Shown here piece by piece: positions 51,884-62,402 of a DNA stretch of 64,000 nucleotides. Positions within the stretch are counted from its first letter, which is position 1. Each line of letters begins with the position of its first letter. Where the stretch lies: sequence record PV173775; one strand, given 5' to 3'. Position numbers and translations under genes: made by a program. The DNA comes from Escherichia phage GEP001. The notes under the pieces are model-generated. The model was given only the letters and a program-made list of their open reading frames with translations, did not search any database and had not been told where the DNA came from.

Positions 51884-52510
51884 ATGTATGAATACAAATT
51901 TGACGTGAGAGTTGGTTCTAAAATAATCAACTGTCGCGCATTTACTCTTAAAGAATATCTAGAACTTATTACTGCTAAAAAGAACGGTTCAGTAGAAGAG
52001 ATCGTTAAAAAGCTAATCAAAGACTGTACAAATGCAAAAGATTTAAACCGTCAAGAATCAGAACTACTATTGATTCATTTATGGGCGCATTCTCTTGGAG
52101 AAGTTAATCACGAAAACTCCTGGAAGTGCACCTGTGGAACTGAAATACCAACCCATATAAATCTATTACATACACAAATAGATGCACCAGAAGACCTCTG
52201 GTATACACTGGGTGACATTAAAATTAAGTTCCATTACCCTAAAATTTTTGATGATAAAAACATAGCCCACATGATAGTATCATGTATAGAAACAATTCAT
52301 GCTAACGGTGAAAGCATTCCAATTGAAGACTTGAATGAAAAAGAGTTGGAAGATTTATATTCTATCATCACAGAGTCAGATATTGTAGCTATAAAAGATA
52401 TGCTTTTAAAGCCTACTGTTTATTTGGCTGTTCCAATTAAATGTCCAGAGTGTGGAAAATCTCACGCTCATGTAATAAGAGGACTCAAAGAATTCTTTGA
52501 GCTATTGTAA
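51884..52510 (+). CDS. 26: baseplate hub subunit gp26 (208 aa)
   Basis: Size identical to T4 gp26; late promoter upstream. Confidence 0.9.
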   Translation: MYEYKFDVRVGSKIINCRAFTLKEYLELITAKKNGSVEEIVKKLIKDCTNAKDLNRQESELLLIHLWAHSLGEVNHENSWKCTCGTEIPTHINLLHTQIDAPEDLWYTLGDIKIKFHYPKIFDDKNIAHMIVSCIETIHANGESIPIEDLNEKELEDLYSIITESDIVAIKDMLLKPTVYLAVPIKCPECGKSHAHVIRGLKEFFELL

Positions 52511-52908
52511 TGGCAAATATTAATAAGCTTTATTCTGACATTGACCCGGAAATGAAAATGGATTGGAACAAAGATGTTTCCAGATCACTTGGATTAAGGT
52601 CAATTAAAAACAGTCTTTTGGGAATTATTACAACAAGAAAAGGTTCAAGACCGTTTGACCCTGAATTTGGATGTGATTTATCAGACCAGCTTTTTGAAAA
52701 TATGACTCCTCTTACTGCTGACACAGTTGAGCGTAACATCGAAAGCGCAGTAAGAAACTACGAGCCACGTATTGATAAATTAGCAGTTAATGTAATACCA
52801 GTTTATGATGATTATACTTTGATAGTAGAAATACGCTTTTCGGTCATCGATAACCCTGATGATATTGAGCAGATAAAACTACAACTAGCTTCCAGTAACA
52901 GAGTATAA
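52510..52908 (+). CDS. 25: baseplate wedge subunit gp25 (132 aa)
   Basis: Size identical to T4 gp25. Confidence 0.9.
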   Translation: MANINKLYSDIDPEMKMDWNKDVSRSLGLRSIKNSLLGIITTRKGSRPFDPEFGCDLSDQLFENMTPLTADTVERNIESAVRNYEPRIDKLAVNVIPVYDDYTLIVEIRFSVIDNPDDIEQIKLQLASSNRV

Positions 52909-52934
52909 TGCTTCACGTATAAACGTGGTATAAT
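52909..52934 (+). promoter_or_regulatory. MotA-dependent middle promoter for uvsY (TGCTTCA box, 13-nt spacer, TATAAT)
   Basis: MotA box plus -10; uvsY is a middle/late gene in T4. Confidence 0.55.
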
Positions 52935-52974
52935 GAATCTAAGTCCATCCAATAACAATTGAATAGAGAACAAT

Positions 52975-53388
52975 ATGAAATTAGAAGATCTTCAAGAAGA
53001 ATTGAAGAAAGATGTGTTTATAGATTCGACTAAATTGCAGTATGAAGCAGCTAATAATGTGATGTTATATAGTAAATGGCTTAATAAGCATTCAAGTATT
53101 AAAAAGGAAATGCTTAGAATTGAAGCACAGAAAAAAGTTGCTCTTAAAGCTAAATTAGACTACTACTCGGGACGAGGAGATGGTGATGAATTTAGTATGG
53201 ATCGTTATGAAAAATCAGAAATGAAGACAGTTCTATCAGCTGATAAGGACGTTTTAAAAGTTGATACTTCATTACAATATTGGGGAATTTTATTAGATTT
53301 CTGTAGCGGAGCTCTTGATGCTATTAAATCACGCGGATTTGCTATTAAGCATATTCAAGACATGCGAGCATTTGAGGCTGGAAAATAA
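52975..53388 (+). CDS. uvsY: recombination mediator UvsY (137 aa)
   Basis: Size identical to T4 UvsY; MotA-type middle promoter upstream. Confidence 0.9.
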   Translation: MKLEDLQEELKKDVFIDSTKLQYEAANNVMLYSKWLNKHSSIKKEMLRIEAQKKVALKAKLDYYSGRGDGDEFSMDRYEKSEMKTVLSADKDVLKVDTSLQYWGILLDFCSGALDAIKSRGFAIKHIQDMRAFEAGK

Positions 53389-53603
53389 TGAAATATAGCA
53401 TTGATGATGCTTTTAATTATGAAGAAGAATTCGAAACGGAAATTCAATTCTTAATGAAAAAGTATAATCTCAAGCGTCAGGATATTCGTATCCTGGCCGA
53501 CCACCCATGCGGTGAAGATGTACTTTATATTAAAGGAAAATTTGCCGGATATCTTGATGAATATTTTTATTCTAAAGATATGGGCATTGATATGCGCATA
53601 TGA
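53388..53603 (+). CDS. hypothetical protein, 71 aa (uvsY.-1-like)
   Basis: ORF coupled to uvsY. Confidence 0.65.
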   Translation: MKYSIDDAFNYEEEFETEIQFLMKKYNLKRQDIRILADHPCGEDVLYIKGKFAGYLDEYFYSKDMGIDMRI

Positions 53604-53609
53604 GAGTTA

Positions 53610-53617
53610 TATAAATA
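53610..53617 (+). promoter_or_regulatory. late promoter TATAAATA
   Basis: Exact match upstream of ORF 53643. Confidence 0.55.
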
Positions 53618-53642
53618 GATATATAATTTAGAGGAGACAATC

Positions 53643-53810
53643 ATGTCAGATAAGATTTGTGTTGTCTGTAAAACTCCAATCGATTCTGCATTGGTTGTTG
53701 AAACAGACAAAGGTCCTGTACATCCTGGGCCTTGCTATAATTACATTAAAGAACTACCAGTTTCAGAAAGTTCGGAAGAACAATTAAATGAAACTCAACT
53801 TTTGCTATAG
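53643..53810 (+). CDS. small Cys-containing protein, 55 aa (uvsY.-2-like)
   Basis: ORF with GAGGAG site and late promoter 53610-53617; CxxC...C pattern. Confidence 0.6.
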   Translation: MSDKICVVCKTPIDSALVVETDKGPVHPGPCYNYIKELPVSESSEEQLNETQLLL

Positions 53811-53833
53811 TGTGACCTTTAGTCTATAGTTTT

Positions 53834-53862
53834 GGCCCTTCCTTTTTGGTTGGGCCTTTTTT
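53834..53862. terminator. terminator hairpin between convergent ORF 53643-53810 and uvsW.1
   Basis: ggccc..gggcc stem with T-run. Confidence 0.5.
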
Positions 53863-53865
53863 AAT

Positions 53866-54108
53866 TTAAAAGCTTTCTTCTACTTCATCGTCTGAATCTT
53901 CTAATTCAGCTCTTTTTCCTGCCAAAGCATCTCTCACGGAGATGTCATCAGTATCTTTTAATTCAGTTTCTTTAACTCTTTTCTTATAATAAGCTTCAAG
54001 TTCTTCTAGACCTTCTAATGTTTGGCAAGAGGCAATTTTACCCATAAATTCATCAATAGAAGCTTCATAAAGAAATTGTTTAAATTCTAGTAACATCTTT
54101 TTCTCCAA
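53866..54108 (-). CDS. UvsW.1 small acidic protein (80 aa)
   Basis: Position immediately downstream of uvsW. Confidence 0.7.
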   Translation of the reverse strand: MEKKMLLEFKQFLYEASIDEFMGKIASCQTLEGLEELEAYYKKRVKETELKDTDDISVRDALAGKRAELEDSDDEVEESF

Positions 54109-54121
54109 AGGGCCGAAGCCC

Positions 54122-55633
54122 TTATAAATTAACTGTTTTCATTACGTAATTAAATTTTTCATCTGCGTATCGCTGAATACGATCAATGCCGTGTTTTAAA
54201 AGATAGTTCAAATGAACATATTTCTTTTTCGTATTAGCAGATTTTGGCTTAACACCGCAATCATCTATGAGGTCCCAGACCGTTGCAATTGTTTTAGAAC
54301 CATGCTTACGTAATACACGACCTATTGTTTGCAATACAATAATTTTAGATTTAACACCGTGCGCTAAAACAACGTGATGCAGATTTTTAACTGAAATACC
54401 AGTAGAAAATACACCATAACTAGCTACTATAATTATTCCTTTACCGTTTTCAGCTAAGGTTTTCATTACGTTGCGTGTTTCAGTATCAACTTCCCCTGAT
54501 ACGTAATAAACTTTATCGTATTCATTTTTAATTAAATCGAAAATAGCTTTACCATGTGATACATGCTTAAACATGACAAAAGTGTTTTCATCTTTTTGCG
54601 CAAGTTTAATAGCTAATTTAGCGATCCATTTATTTCTTTTACTGAGTCCAGTAATAATTTTTATTTCTTCTTGGTAAGTTTTTCCCTTTAATTTAGTAGT
54701 GAACTCATCAGGATAGCGAAGAAAAATACTATTAATTTTTAACTCAGTTACTTGTCCATCTTCCATTAATTTAGAAGTCGTTACTGGCTTAAATATTTCA
54801 CCAAACATTCCAACATACTGCATGATATTAGCTTTGCCATCACGTAATGAACCTGATAGACCAAATTTGAACATGCAGTTATTTAAACCTGATATGATAG
54901 ATGAAATACTTTTTCCTGTGGCAAGATGGCATTCATCATTCATCATCATTCCAAACTGTGAGAACCATTCTTTTGGTTGTTTTACTACAGTTTGCCATGT
55001 ACCAACAATTACCGGTGCATCATTTTTATATTTATCATCTTTTGATGCTCCACCACCGATTTTCTTTATCATTGCATGACTGAATAAACGATAGTCAACA
55101 AAGTCATCAGCCATCTGAGTTGTCAGAGCAGTTGTTGGAACAATGATAAGAATTTTACCTTCATAATTTTCCAAATAATAACGTGCAAGCAAAGCTTGAA
55201 TTAAAGATTTACCTGCGGATGTTGGAAGATTAAGAATTCTACGACGATTAACTAATCCTTCGAACACTGCATCTTTTTGATACCAGTGTGGTTCAATTCT
55301 TTTATTTCCTGAATAGATTTCTAACTTAGAAAGCCATTCATCAAAATCTTTTCTTGATAATTCTTCTTTTTCGTTAATTTGCGGGTCAATCCAAGCTTTA
55401 TAGCCAAAGTTATCGCAGAACTTTTTAATTTGCCCAACTAAGCCGAATGGAAGAAGGCGATTATAATCTAAAAGACGGATTCGTCCATCCCAGTGACCAT
55501 ATTTGTATTTCGGATTAAAACGATACCCATCAGCTTCAAAGCTAAAGAAATCACGGAGTTCATGAAATGTACTTTCTTCACAATCAATTCTCACGTGACT
55601 AAAATCATAAAAATGTACTTTAATGTCAGTCAT
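54122..55633 (-). CDS. uvsW: DNA/RNA helicase UvsW (503 aa)
   Basis: SF2 helicase motifs (GKS Walker A, DECH); size matches T4 UvsW. Confidence 0.9.
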   Translation of the reverse strand: MTDIKVHFYDFSHVRIDCEESTFHELRDFFSFEADGYRFNPKYKYGHWDGRIRLLDYNRLLPFGLVGQIKKFCDNFGYKAWIDPQINEKEELSRKDFDEWLSKLEIYSGNKRIEPHWYQKDAVFEGLVNRRRILNLPTSAGKSLIQALLARYYLENYEGKILIIVPTTALTTQMADDFVDYRLFSHAMIKKIGGGASKDDKYKNDAPVIVGTWQTVVKQPKEWFSQFGMMMNDECHLATGKSISSIISGLNNCMFKFGLSGSLRDGKANIMQYVGMFGEIFKPVTTSKLMEDGQVTELKINSIFLRYPDEFTTKLKGKTYQEEIKIITGLSKRNKWIAKLAIKLAQKDENTFVMFKHVSHGKAIFDLIKNEYDKVYYVSGEVDTETRNVMKTLAENGKGIIIVASYGVFSTGISVKNLHHVVLAHGVKSKIIVLQTIGRVLRKHGSKTIATVWDLIDDCGVKPKSANTKKKYVHLNYLLKHGIDRIQRYADEKFNYVMKTVNL

Positions 55634-55662
55634 GTCTAAATACCATGTAATAAATATATCTA

Positions 55663-55670
55663 TATTTATA
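55663..55670 (-). promoter_or_regulatory. late promoter TATAAATA for uvsW
   Basis: Exact match on - strand upstream of uvsW start. Confidence 0.55.
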
Positions 55671-55683
55671 CTGAGGAAATATT

Positions 55684-56364
55684 ATGATAGATAAAGATTA
55701 TATTGCAGAGCTGAAGGCTCTTGATGATAATAAAGAAGCTAAGGCTAAATTAGCTGAATATGCTGAACAGTTTGGTATAAAGGTCAAAAAGAATAAATCT
55801 TTTGATAATATCGTTAATGATATTGAAGAAGCCCTCCAGAAGCTCGCTAGTGAACCTATGCCAGAGACTGATGGGTTATCTATTAAAGACTTAATTAATG
55901 CTGCTGATGCTGCAGAGGGATTAAAATATGACGATGAAGAAGTCAATCCAGAAGCAGCACTTCTGATTGATTCTCCGGTTAAATCTGATATTAAAATTGA
56001 AGTAGTAGAAACGGATAAAATTCCTGAAAATACCGATGTTTTGATTGAAGATACTCCTTTTGTTGAAGAAAAATTCGAACAGGCTGTAGCTGAGATTATT
56101 GAATCTGAAAAACCGTCTGTATTTACTCTTCCGGAAAACTTTAGTCCGAATCTTCAGCTGATTGGGAAAAATCCAGGATTTTGTACTGTTCCTTGGTGGA
56201 TTTACCAGTGGATTGCTGAAACTCCGGATTGGAAATCTCACCCAACTAGTTTTGAACACGCGTCAGCACACCAAACTTTATTTAGCTTAATTTACTACAT
56301 TAACCGTGACGGATCAGTTTTAATTCGTGAAACACGCAACTCTTCTTTCGTAACATTAAAATAA
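55684..56364 (+). CDS. inh: inhibitor of prohead protease Inh (226 aa)
   Basis: Size and position upstream of hoc. Confidence 0.8.
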   Translation: MIDKDYIAELKALDDNKEAKAKLAEYAEQFGIKVKKNKSFDNIVNDIEEALQKLASEPMPETDGLSIKDLINAADAAEGLKYDDEEVNPEAALLIDSPVKSDIKIEVVETDKIPENTDVLIEDTPFVEEKFEQAVAEIIESEKPSVFTLPENFSPNLQLIGKNPGFCTVPWWIYQWIAETPDWKSHPTSFEHASAHQTLFSLIYYINRDGSVLIRETRNSSFVTLK

Positions 56365-56373
56365 GGATAACTT

Positions 56374-57504
56374 ATGGCTTTTACAGTTGATATAACTCCT
56401 AAAACACCTACTGGAGTTATAGATCAGACTCAGCAGTTTACTGCTACACCCAGTGGTGAAACTGGAGGTGGAACTATTACCTATGCTTGGACTGTAGATA
56501 ATGTTCCACAAGATGGAGCTGAAGCAACTTTTAGTTATGTACTAAAAGGACCTGCCGGTCAAAAGACTATTAAAGTAGTTGCAACAAACACAGTTCCAGA
56601 AGCTGAGGCTGAAACAGCAGAAGCTTCTACAACTATCACAGTTCAAAATAAGACACAGACAACTACCTTAGCTGTAACTCCTGCTAGTCCTGCTGCTGGA
56701 GTAATTGGAACTCCTGTTGAATTTACCGCTGCCTTAGCTTCTCAACCATCAGGTGCATCTGCTACGTATCAGTGGCATGTAGATGGTTCTCCTGTGAGCG
56801 AAGCAACTAGTGCTACATTCAATTACACTCCTACTACAAGCGGAGTTAAAAAAATTAAGTGTGTAGCCCAAGTAACAGCGACAGATTATGATGCAAAGGA
56901 AGTTACTTCTAATGAAGTATCATTGACGGTTAATAAGAAGACAATGAATCCACAGATTGCATTGACTCCTCCTTCTATTAACGTTCAGCAAGATGCTTCG
57001 GCTACATTTACTGCTAATGTTACTGGCGCACCTGACGCAGCACAAATTACTTACTCGTGGAAGAAAGATTCTTCTCCTGTAGAAGGGTCAACTAACGTAT
57101 ACACTGTTGATACATCATCTATTGGAAGCCAAACCATTGAAGTTACTGCAACTGTTACCGCCGCTGATTATGATAGCAAAACTATTACAGCAGAAGGCCA
57201 AGTTCAAGTGACTGATAAAGTTGCTCCGGAACCAGAAGGTGAATTACCTTATGTTCATCCTCTTCCACATCGTACTTCAGCTTATATCTGGTGCGGTTGG
57301 TGGGTTATGGATGAAATCCAAAAAATGACTGAAGAAGGTAAAGATTGGAAAACTGACGACCCAGATAGTAAGTACTACTTGCATCGTTACACTCTTCAGA
57401 AGATGATGAAAGACTATCCAGAAGTTGATGTTCAAGAATCGCGTAATGGATACATCATTCATAAAACTGCTTTAGAAACTGGTATAATCTATACCTATCC
57501 ATAA
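56374..57504 (+). CDS. hoc: highly immunogenic outer capsid protein Hoc (376 aa, Ig-like repeats)
   Basis: Size identical to T4 Hoc; repeated Thr/Ala-rich Ig-like modules. Confidence 0.9.
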   Translation: MAFTVDITPKTPTGVIDQTQQFTATPSGETGGGTITYAWTVDNVPQDGAEATFSYVLKGPAGQKTIKVVATNTVPEAEAETAEASTTITVQNKTQTTTLAVTPASPAAGVIGTPVEFTAALASQPSGASATYQWHVDGSPVSEATSATFNYTPTTSGVKKIKCVAQVTATDYDAKEVTSNEVSLTVNKKTMNPQIALTPPSINVQQDASATFTANVTGAPDAAQITYSWKKDSSPVEGSTNVYTVDTSSIGSQTIEVTATVTAADYDSKTITAEGQVQVTDKVAPEPEGELPYVHPLPHRTSAYIWCGWWVMDEIQKMTEEGKDWKTDDPDSKYYLHRYTLQKMMKDYPEVDVQESRNGYIIHKTALETGIIYTYP

Positions 57505-57509
57505 TCTCA

Positions 57510-57535
57510 GGGGCTTCGGCCCCTTTCTTCATTTT
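57510..57535 (+). terminator. terminator-like hairpin after hoc (ggggc-ttcg-gcccc, T-rich tail)
   Basis: Stem-loop with UUCG tetraloop. Confidence 0.55.
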
Positions 57536-57592
57536 GAAAGCACATAAAACACAATCAGAAAACGATGTATATAATGGCACCAACTCGATAAC

Positions 57593-57808
57593 ATGAGATT
57601 GATTATGAGAACTGAGGTTGTGGTGTTTACACTCCATGAGTCTGGAAAGTCATTCATTGAAATTGCTCGTGAATTGAACTTACAGGCAAAGGAAGTGGCT
57701 GTATTATGGGCTCGAGCTATGACTGCTAAGAATAAATTTGAGACTCGAGAAAAAGTTGTCTATAGAAAAAGACATATTAATAAGAAGGTGAAAAATGGAA
57801 CAGTATGA
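57593..57808 (+). CDS. hypothetical protein, 71 aa
   Basis: ORF. Confidence 0.55.
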   Translation: MRLIMRTEVVVFTLHESGKSFIEIARELNLQAKEVAVLWARAMTAKNKFETREKVVYRKRHINKKVKNGTV

Positions 57809-58073
57809 TCTTTATGAAAATGAATCTTTTGCTAATCAATTACGCGAAAAAGCACTTAAAAGCAAACAGTTTAAACTAGAGTGTTTTATTAAAGATTTTT
57901 CGGAACTTGCTAATAAAGCAGCTGAACAAGGTAAAACATATTTTAGTTATTATTGTACTGCTCGCGATAAATTGATTACTGAAGAAATTGGTGATTGGCT
58001 GAGAAAAGAAGGATTTAGCTTTAAAGTCAATAGTGATCAGCGTGATGGTGATTGGTTAGAAATTACATTTTGA
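57795..58073 (+). CDS. hypothetical protein, 92 aa
   Basis: ORF. Confidence 0.6.
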   Translation: MEQYDLYENESFANQLREKALKSKQFKLECFIKDFSELANKAAEQGKTYFSYYCTARDKLITEEIGDWLRKEGFSFKVNSDQRDGDWLEITF

Positions 58074-58082
58074 GGATTAATT

Positions 58083-59087
58083 ATGTTTAAAAAGTATAGC
58101 AGTCTTGAAAATCATTACAATTCTAAATTCATTGAAAAACTTTATAGTTTAGGATTGACTGGCGGCGAATGGGTAGCTCGCGAAAAGATTCACGGTACAA
58201 ACTTTTCATTGATTATTGAGCGTGATAAAGCAACTTGTGCTAAACGTACTGGACCGATTCTTCCTGCTGAAGATTTCTTTGGGTATGAAATTATTCTAAA
58301 GAATTATACTGATTCCATTAAAGCAGTACAAGATATTATGGAAACTTCAGCAGTTGTATCTTATCAAGTCTTTGGCGAATTCGCTGGACCTGGTATTCAG
58401 AAGAATGTCGATTATGGCGATAAAGATTTTTATGTATTTGACATTATTGTTACTACCGAAAGTGGTGATGTGACTTATGTCGATGATTATATGATGGAAT
58501 CATTCTGTAATACATTTAAATTTAAAATGGCTCCACTTTTAGGTCGCGGTAAATTTGAAGAGCTTATTAAATTGCCAAATGATTTAGATTCTGTCGTTCA
58601 AGATTATAATTTTACAGTAGACCATGCTGGATTAGTTGATGCAAATAAATGCGTTTGGAATGCCGAAGCAAAAGGCGAAGTATTTACCGCTGAAGGTTAT
58701 GTATTGAAACCTTGTTATCCTTCTTGGATGCCTAACGGAAATCGTGTAGCTATTAAATGCAAGAACTCTAAATTTAGTGAAAAGAAAAAGTCTGATAAGC
58801 CTATTAAAGCTAAAGTTGAGCTGTCAGAAGCTGATAATAAATTGCTGGGAATTTTAGCTTGCTACGTTACACTGAACCGAGTAAATAACGTTATTTCTAA
58901 AATTGGCGAAATTGGTCCAAAGGATTTTGGAAAGGTGATGGGACTAACTGTTCAAGATATTTTGGAAGAAACTTCTCGTGAAGGTATTACTTTAACTCAA
59001 GCGGATAATCCTTCTTTGATTAAGAAGGAATTAGTTAAAATGGTACAAGATGTACTTCGTCCGGCTTGGATTGAATTAGTGAGTTAA
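58083..59087 (+). CDS. rnlB: RNA ligase 2 (334 aa)
   Basis: Sequence [24 protein letters not shown]...KIHGTNFS matches recalled T4 Rnl2 with KxHG adenylation motif. Confidence 0.9.
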   Translation: MFKKYSSLENHYNSKFIEKLYSLGLTGGEWVAREKIHGTNFSLIIERDKATCAKRTGPILPAEDFFGYEIILKNYTDSIKAVQDIMETSAVVSYQVFGEFAGPGIQKNVDYGDKDFYVFDIIVTTESGDVTYVDDYMMESFCNTFKFKMAPLLGRGKFEELIKLPNDLDSVVQDYNFTVDHAGLVDANKCVWNAEAKGEVFTAEGYVLKPCYPSWMPNGNRVAIKCKNSKFSEKKKSDKPIKAKVELSEADNKLLGILACYVTLNRVNNVISKIGEIGPKDFGKVMGLTVQDILEETSREGITLTQADNPSLIKKELVKMVQDVLRPAWIELVS

Positions 59088-59093
59088 ATAAAA

Positions 59094-59120
59094 AGGGACC
59101 GAAAGGTCCCTTTGTTTTAT
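59094..59120. terminator. bidirectional terminator hairpin between convergent rnlB and gene 24
   Basis: agggacc-gaaa-ggtccct flanked by A-run and T-run; same stem as 45570. Confidence 0.65.
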
Positions 59121-60400
59121 TCATCAACGATAATTTTTGGTAGCTTAACACCCAATAAAACAGACAAATCTGAACGACCCGCCATTTTATCCATGTCTCC
59201 ACCATCAATTATTCTTGCTTCTTTTTCATCTTTTGCTACAGTGTAAGGATTTGCAGATAAAGCATATCTAACCAATAAACCGATAGATGGCTGCAAACTT
59301 TCTGGATCAACTACAACTTTAAATGCACCTACATGTTCAGGGTCATCTAAGTCAAGACCTTCTGTATACGGAGCATAGAAAATTGATCCAACAATTTCTT
59401 TTTCGCCAATATTTTCTACCACACCGACGATTACATAATCTAATGGGCTGTTAGTATCGCAATAAAGCGGTAAACCATTAGCTAAAAACCCGTAGGCATT
59501 TTGTGAAAGATATTTATCATCTTCTGGTTTATGTTTTAACCAACCTGATGCAGCAAGAATCGCAGCAGCACGAGCTGAAGCAACACAGAACGTTGCTGTA
59601 TAAGTTGATTCTTTTTGGATATGTGAAACCATTTCACATACCATTCGGTATAATGAACGACCAGCTTCAGGTGCAGATGCATAGCTCAAATCAATGAATC
59701 CAGTGTCAGTAATTCCTGTAACTTTATATCGTTTTGATACTGTAATCAAAGACTGTAGAATATCTTTATTGATTTCATCCGCCATTTCAGTTGCAAGCAA
59801 ATCTTCCAAGAAATTAGGAGCATCGAATCCATTTGCTTCTAAATCTTGTGCTAATTCAACTGTGATGCCAGTTTTAAGTTTACGAGATTTAACTGCGGTT
59901 TGCCATTTATTAATCTGGAATCTAGCATCCGCAATTTCGCTATCAGAGCTTTCAAATTTGCTCGTTGACGCTGCGTCAGAAAATAGACGAACCTTTAAAA
60001 GAACAATTGCAATCTGAAGAGCTAATTCTAAATCGCTTTCTTCAATAGTAGCAAATGGTGTATCTTCTAATACTTTATAGACGATATTATTGTATTTGAA
60101 TAAATCGCCTTTATTGAGAGTTAATTTAGACTCTTCTGTTAATTCTGTGATTTGTTCTCGGTCTACATATCCAGCTTCGCCAGCGTAAGTAGCACCAGTT
60201 TTAAATGTAAATTCGTTATCTGGATTAAGGTATTTGATACCATAAAAAGCAGCAACAGGTTGATTAGTTCTTTGCGTTGCTACAATGTCAGAATATATTA
60301 ATTTAGTGGTAGCGCGAGTCAAAGCAACGAGATTTGGGCGACCGATTGAGTTGCTATTCGTTGTGGTTGATTCGCGCAGAAGTTCGTTGATTTTAGCCAT
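59117..60400 (-). CDS. 24: capsid vertex protein gp24 (427 aa)
   Basis: Size identical to T4 gp24; similarity to gp23 fold region; late promoter upstream. Confidence 0.9.
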   Translation of the reverse strand: MAKINELLRESTTTNSNSIGRPNLVALTRATTKLIYSDIVATQRTNQPVAAFYGIKYLNPDNEFTFKTGATYAGEAGYVDREQITELTEESKLTLNKGDLFKYNNIVYKVLEDTPFATIEESDLELALQIAIVLLKVRLFSDAASTSKFESSDSEIADARFQINKWQTAVKSRKLKTGITVELAQDLEANGFDAPNFLEDLLATEMADEINKDILQSLITVSKRYKVTGITDTGFIDLSYASAPEAGRSLYRMVCEMVSHIQKESTYTATFCVASARAAAILAASGWLKHKPEDDKYLSQNAYGFLANGLPLYCDTNSPLDYVIVGVVENIGEKEIVGSIFYAPYTEGLDLDDPEHVGAFKVVVDPESLQPSIGLLVRYALSANPYTVAKDEKEARIIDGGDMDKMAGRSDLSVLLGVKLPKIIVDE

Positions 60401-60428
60401 TGCGCTTTCCTTGTTGAGAGTATATGTT

Positions 60429-60436
60429 TATTTATA
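60429..60436 (-). promoter_or_regulatory. late promoter TATAAATA for gene 24
   Basis: Exact match about 30 nt upstream of gene 24 start. Confidence 0.65.
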
Positions 60437-60442
60437 AAAGTT

Positions 60443-60472
60443 GTTTACAGCAAGGTTATCACATGTTACTAT
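60443..60472 (+). promoter_or_regulatory. early promoter for the 88-aa ORF between genes 23 and 24
   Basis: GTTTAC, 18-nt spacer, TGtTACTAT. Confidence 0.6.
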
Positions 60473-60502
60473 AGACCTATCAAAAACATGAGGAGATTAA
60501 AA

Positions 60503-60769
60503 ATGAACAAGTTAAACTTTATTCGTACTACTCTGTCCGCTCTTGATAAAGACATCAAAGCCCTGGTAGAAAAATATGGTTCCAATCCTAACGGTAATGC
60601 AGTGAATGCCCTAGTTAAGAAATATGAAACCATGGCTTATGCTACTGACTTCTGGTGGAACGGTGAATATTCTACCCATACCAAAGACAAATCTGGTAAC
60701 TGGCTGAAAATCCAAGAAAATCGTATTGACTTCCGTGACATCATCAACCGTCGAGTTAAGATTGCGTAG
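60503..60769 (+). CDS. hypothetical early protein, 88 aa, between head genes 23 and 24
   Basis: ORF with GAGGAG site and early promoter 60443-60472; opposite strand to flanking late genes. Confidence 0.65.
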   Translation: MNKLNFIRTTLSALDKDIKALVEKYGSNPNGNAVNALVKKYETMAYATDFWWNGEYSTHTKDKSGNWLKIQENRIDFRDIINRRVKIA

Positions 60770-60784
60770 TATAGAAACAAGAAT

Positions 60785-60802
60785 GGGAGACCGAAGTCTC
60801 CC
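60785..60802. terminator. hairpin between convergent ORF 60503-60769 and gene 23 (gggagac-cgaa-gtctccc)
   Basis: Perfect 7-bp stem. Confidence 0.5.
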
Positions 60803-60818
60803 ATAATAAGGTTATATC

Positions 60819-62384
60819 TTAGATACCTTTAACATATACACGGCGGAAGTAAGCGTTTTTACCAAGGCTATTCAGAATAGAAGGCATACCGCTCTGGATG
60901 CGAGAAGCCGGAGCCTGAGCAGCGGATTCTGCAAATGGGTTGATACCGATACCGTAACGAGTTTTGAATCCCATTACTGGTTGGAAGTTCTTCGGATCAG
61001 AACCACGCAGCGGAGTCAGAGCTACATATGGAGCATAGTAAATACCAGCATCCATTTCGTTCGGACCTTTATAACCTACAGTGAAATAATCCTGTTTAGC
61101 ATACTGGTCGATATATACACGGTATTTACCACCCAGAACACCAGCAAATACTGACTTGGTAGTATCAGTGTTAAAGCCGGTAGCCAGACCCTGTGCAGCA
61201 TAAGAAATGCCAGTATCAACTGAAGCCAGAACGTTAACTACGTTACGGGAAGCGATAATGAAGTTACCTTCACCACGACCGGTCTGACGAGCAATTTCAA
61301 CTGCTTCTTTGTCAATCTGGAACAACAGAGCTTTAAAGGATTCACCCGCCCAGCGAGCACCACGAATATCAATCGGATCCTGGAAGTCAAATACACCAGC
61401 TTTAGAACCCGGAGTCAGGGTCATACCAGATTTACCAACCTGAGCTGAGTAGTTAATCCAATCAACAACTTCACGGTTGATTTCCAGCATGATTTCGGTA
61501 GCCAGAATACCAGACAGTTCAGCATCAGCATCCATACCGTGAACAGCGCGGAGGTCTTGTGCTAATTCGATAGAGTAAGCAGCTTTCAGCTGACGAGATT
61601 TAGCTTCGATAACTTGTTTATCGATACGGAAGCCCATTTCATTCCATGGGTTATCGGTAGAACCGTTGAAACCTTCCTGGAGTTCAGCGATAGAAGTAGC
61701 CATACCTTCAGCGATTTCTACCAATGCACCAGCTTCCATTTGTTTCTTAATTTCAGCATCTAATTTAGCTGCATCAGTTGCGCTTGCACTAATTGTTACT
61801 TGAGCAGAAGCCTGCAGATACACAGTACCAGTGTCCTGGAAGAAGTGAGTATAGATATCACCTACTGTGGTTTCTGTGCTAGCAGCCAGAGCCGGGAATT
61901 TCTTAGCAGCGCCCTGACCAGAGAACATTGCATCTGGACCATACATTGGGTGGAATGCTTCTTTAGCGCCGGCAGCGATTGGGTCTTTACCATATACTGC
62001 GCGCAGTGCGAATACCTGACCGGTCGGGCTGTTCATCGGCTGAACACCGCAAATATCGAAAGCAATCAGGTTAGGAATAGCACGACGTACCATACCCATA
62101 ACAGCTGGGCCAATCTGAGTTACTGCGCCAGAAGTCTGACCAGCAGCGATGTTAGTAGCGTTGTAACCGTGGTCACCACCGATTTCAGCTTCTGTTAAGA
62201 AAGAACCGAATGCCTGAGCAATTTTTTCGTCTTTGTACTCTGGAGCTGTCTGGAAATCTTTTTCCTGGTTTTCAAAGATTTTAGCGATAATCGCTTGTTT
62301 GCTATTAGCAATTTCCGGTAAACCTTCACCTTCCAGTAATGGCTTCCATTTGTTCAAAAGTTCAGCTTTAGTTTTGATAGTCAT
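60819..62384 (-). CDS. 23: major capsid protein gp23 (521 aa)
   Basis: Size identical to T4 gp23; higher GC/codon bias typical of gene 23. Confidence 0.95.
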   Translation of the reverse strand: MTIKTKAELLNKWKPLLEGEGLPEIANSKQAIIAKIFENQEKDFQTAPEYKDEKIAQAFGSFLTEAEIGGDHGYNATNIAAGQTSGAVTQIGPAVMGMVRRAIPNLIAFDICGVQPMNSPTGQVFALRAVYGKDPIAAGAKEAFHPMYGPDAMFSGQGAAKKFPALAASTETTVGDIYTHFFQDTGTVYLQASAQVTISASATDAAKLDAEIKKQMEAGALVEIAEGMATSIAELQEGFNGSTDNPWNEMGFRIDKQVIEAKSRQLKAAYSIELAQDLRAVHGMDADAELSGILATEIMLEINREVVDWINYSAQVGKSGMTLTPGSKAGVFDFQDPIDIRGARWAGESFKALLFQIDKEAVEIARQTGRGEGNFIIASRNVVNVLASVDTGISYAAQGLATGFNTDTTKSVFAGVLGGKYRVYIDQYAKQDYFTVGYKGPNEMDAGIYYAPYVALTPLRGSDPKNFQPVMGFKTRYGIGINPFAESAAQAPASRIQSGMPSILNSLGKNAYFRRVYVKGI

Positions 62385-62402
62385 TTGTGTTAACCTTTAA
62401 AA

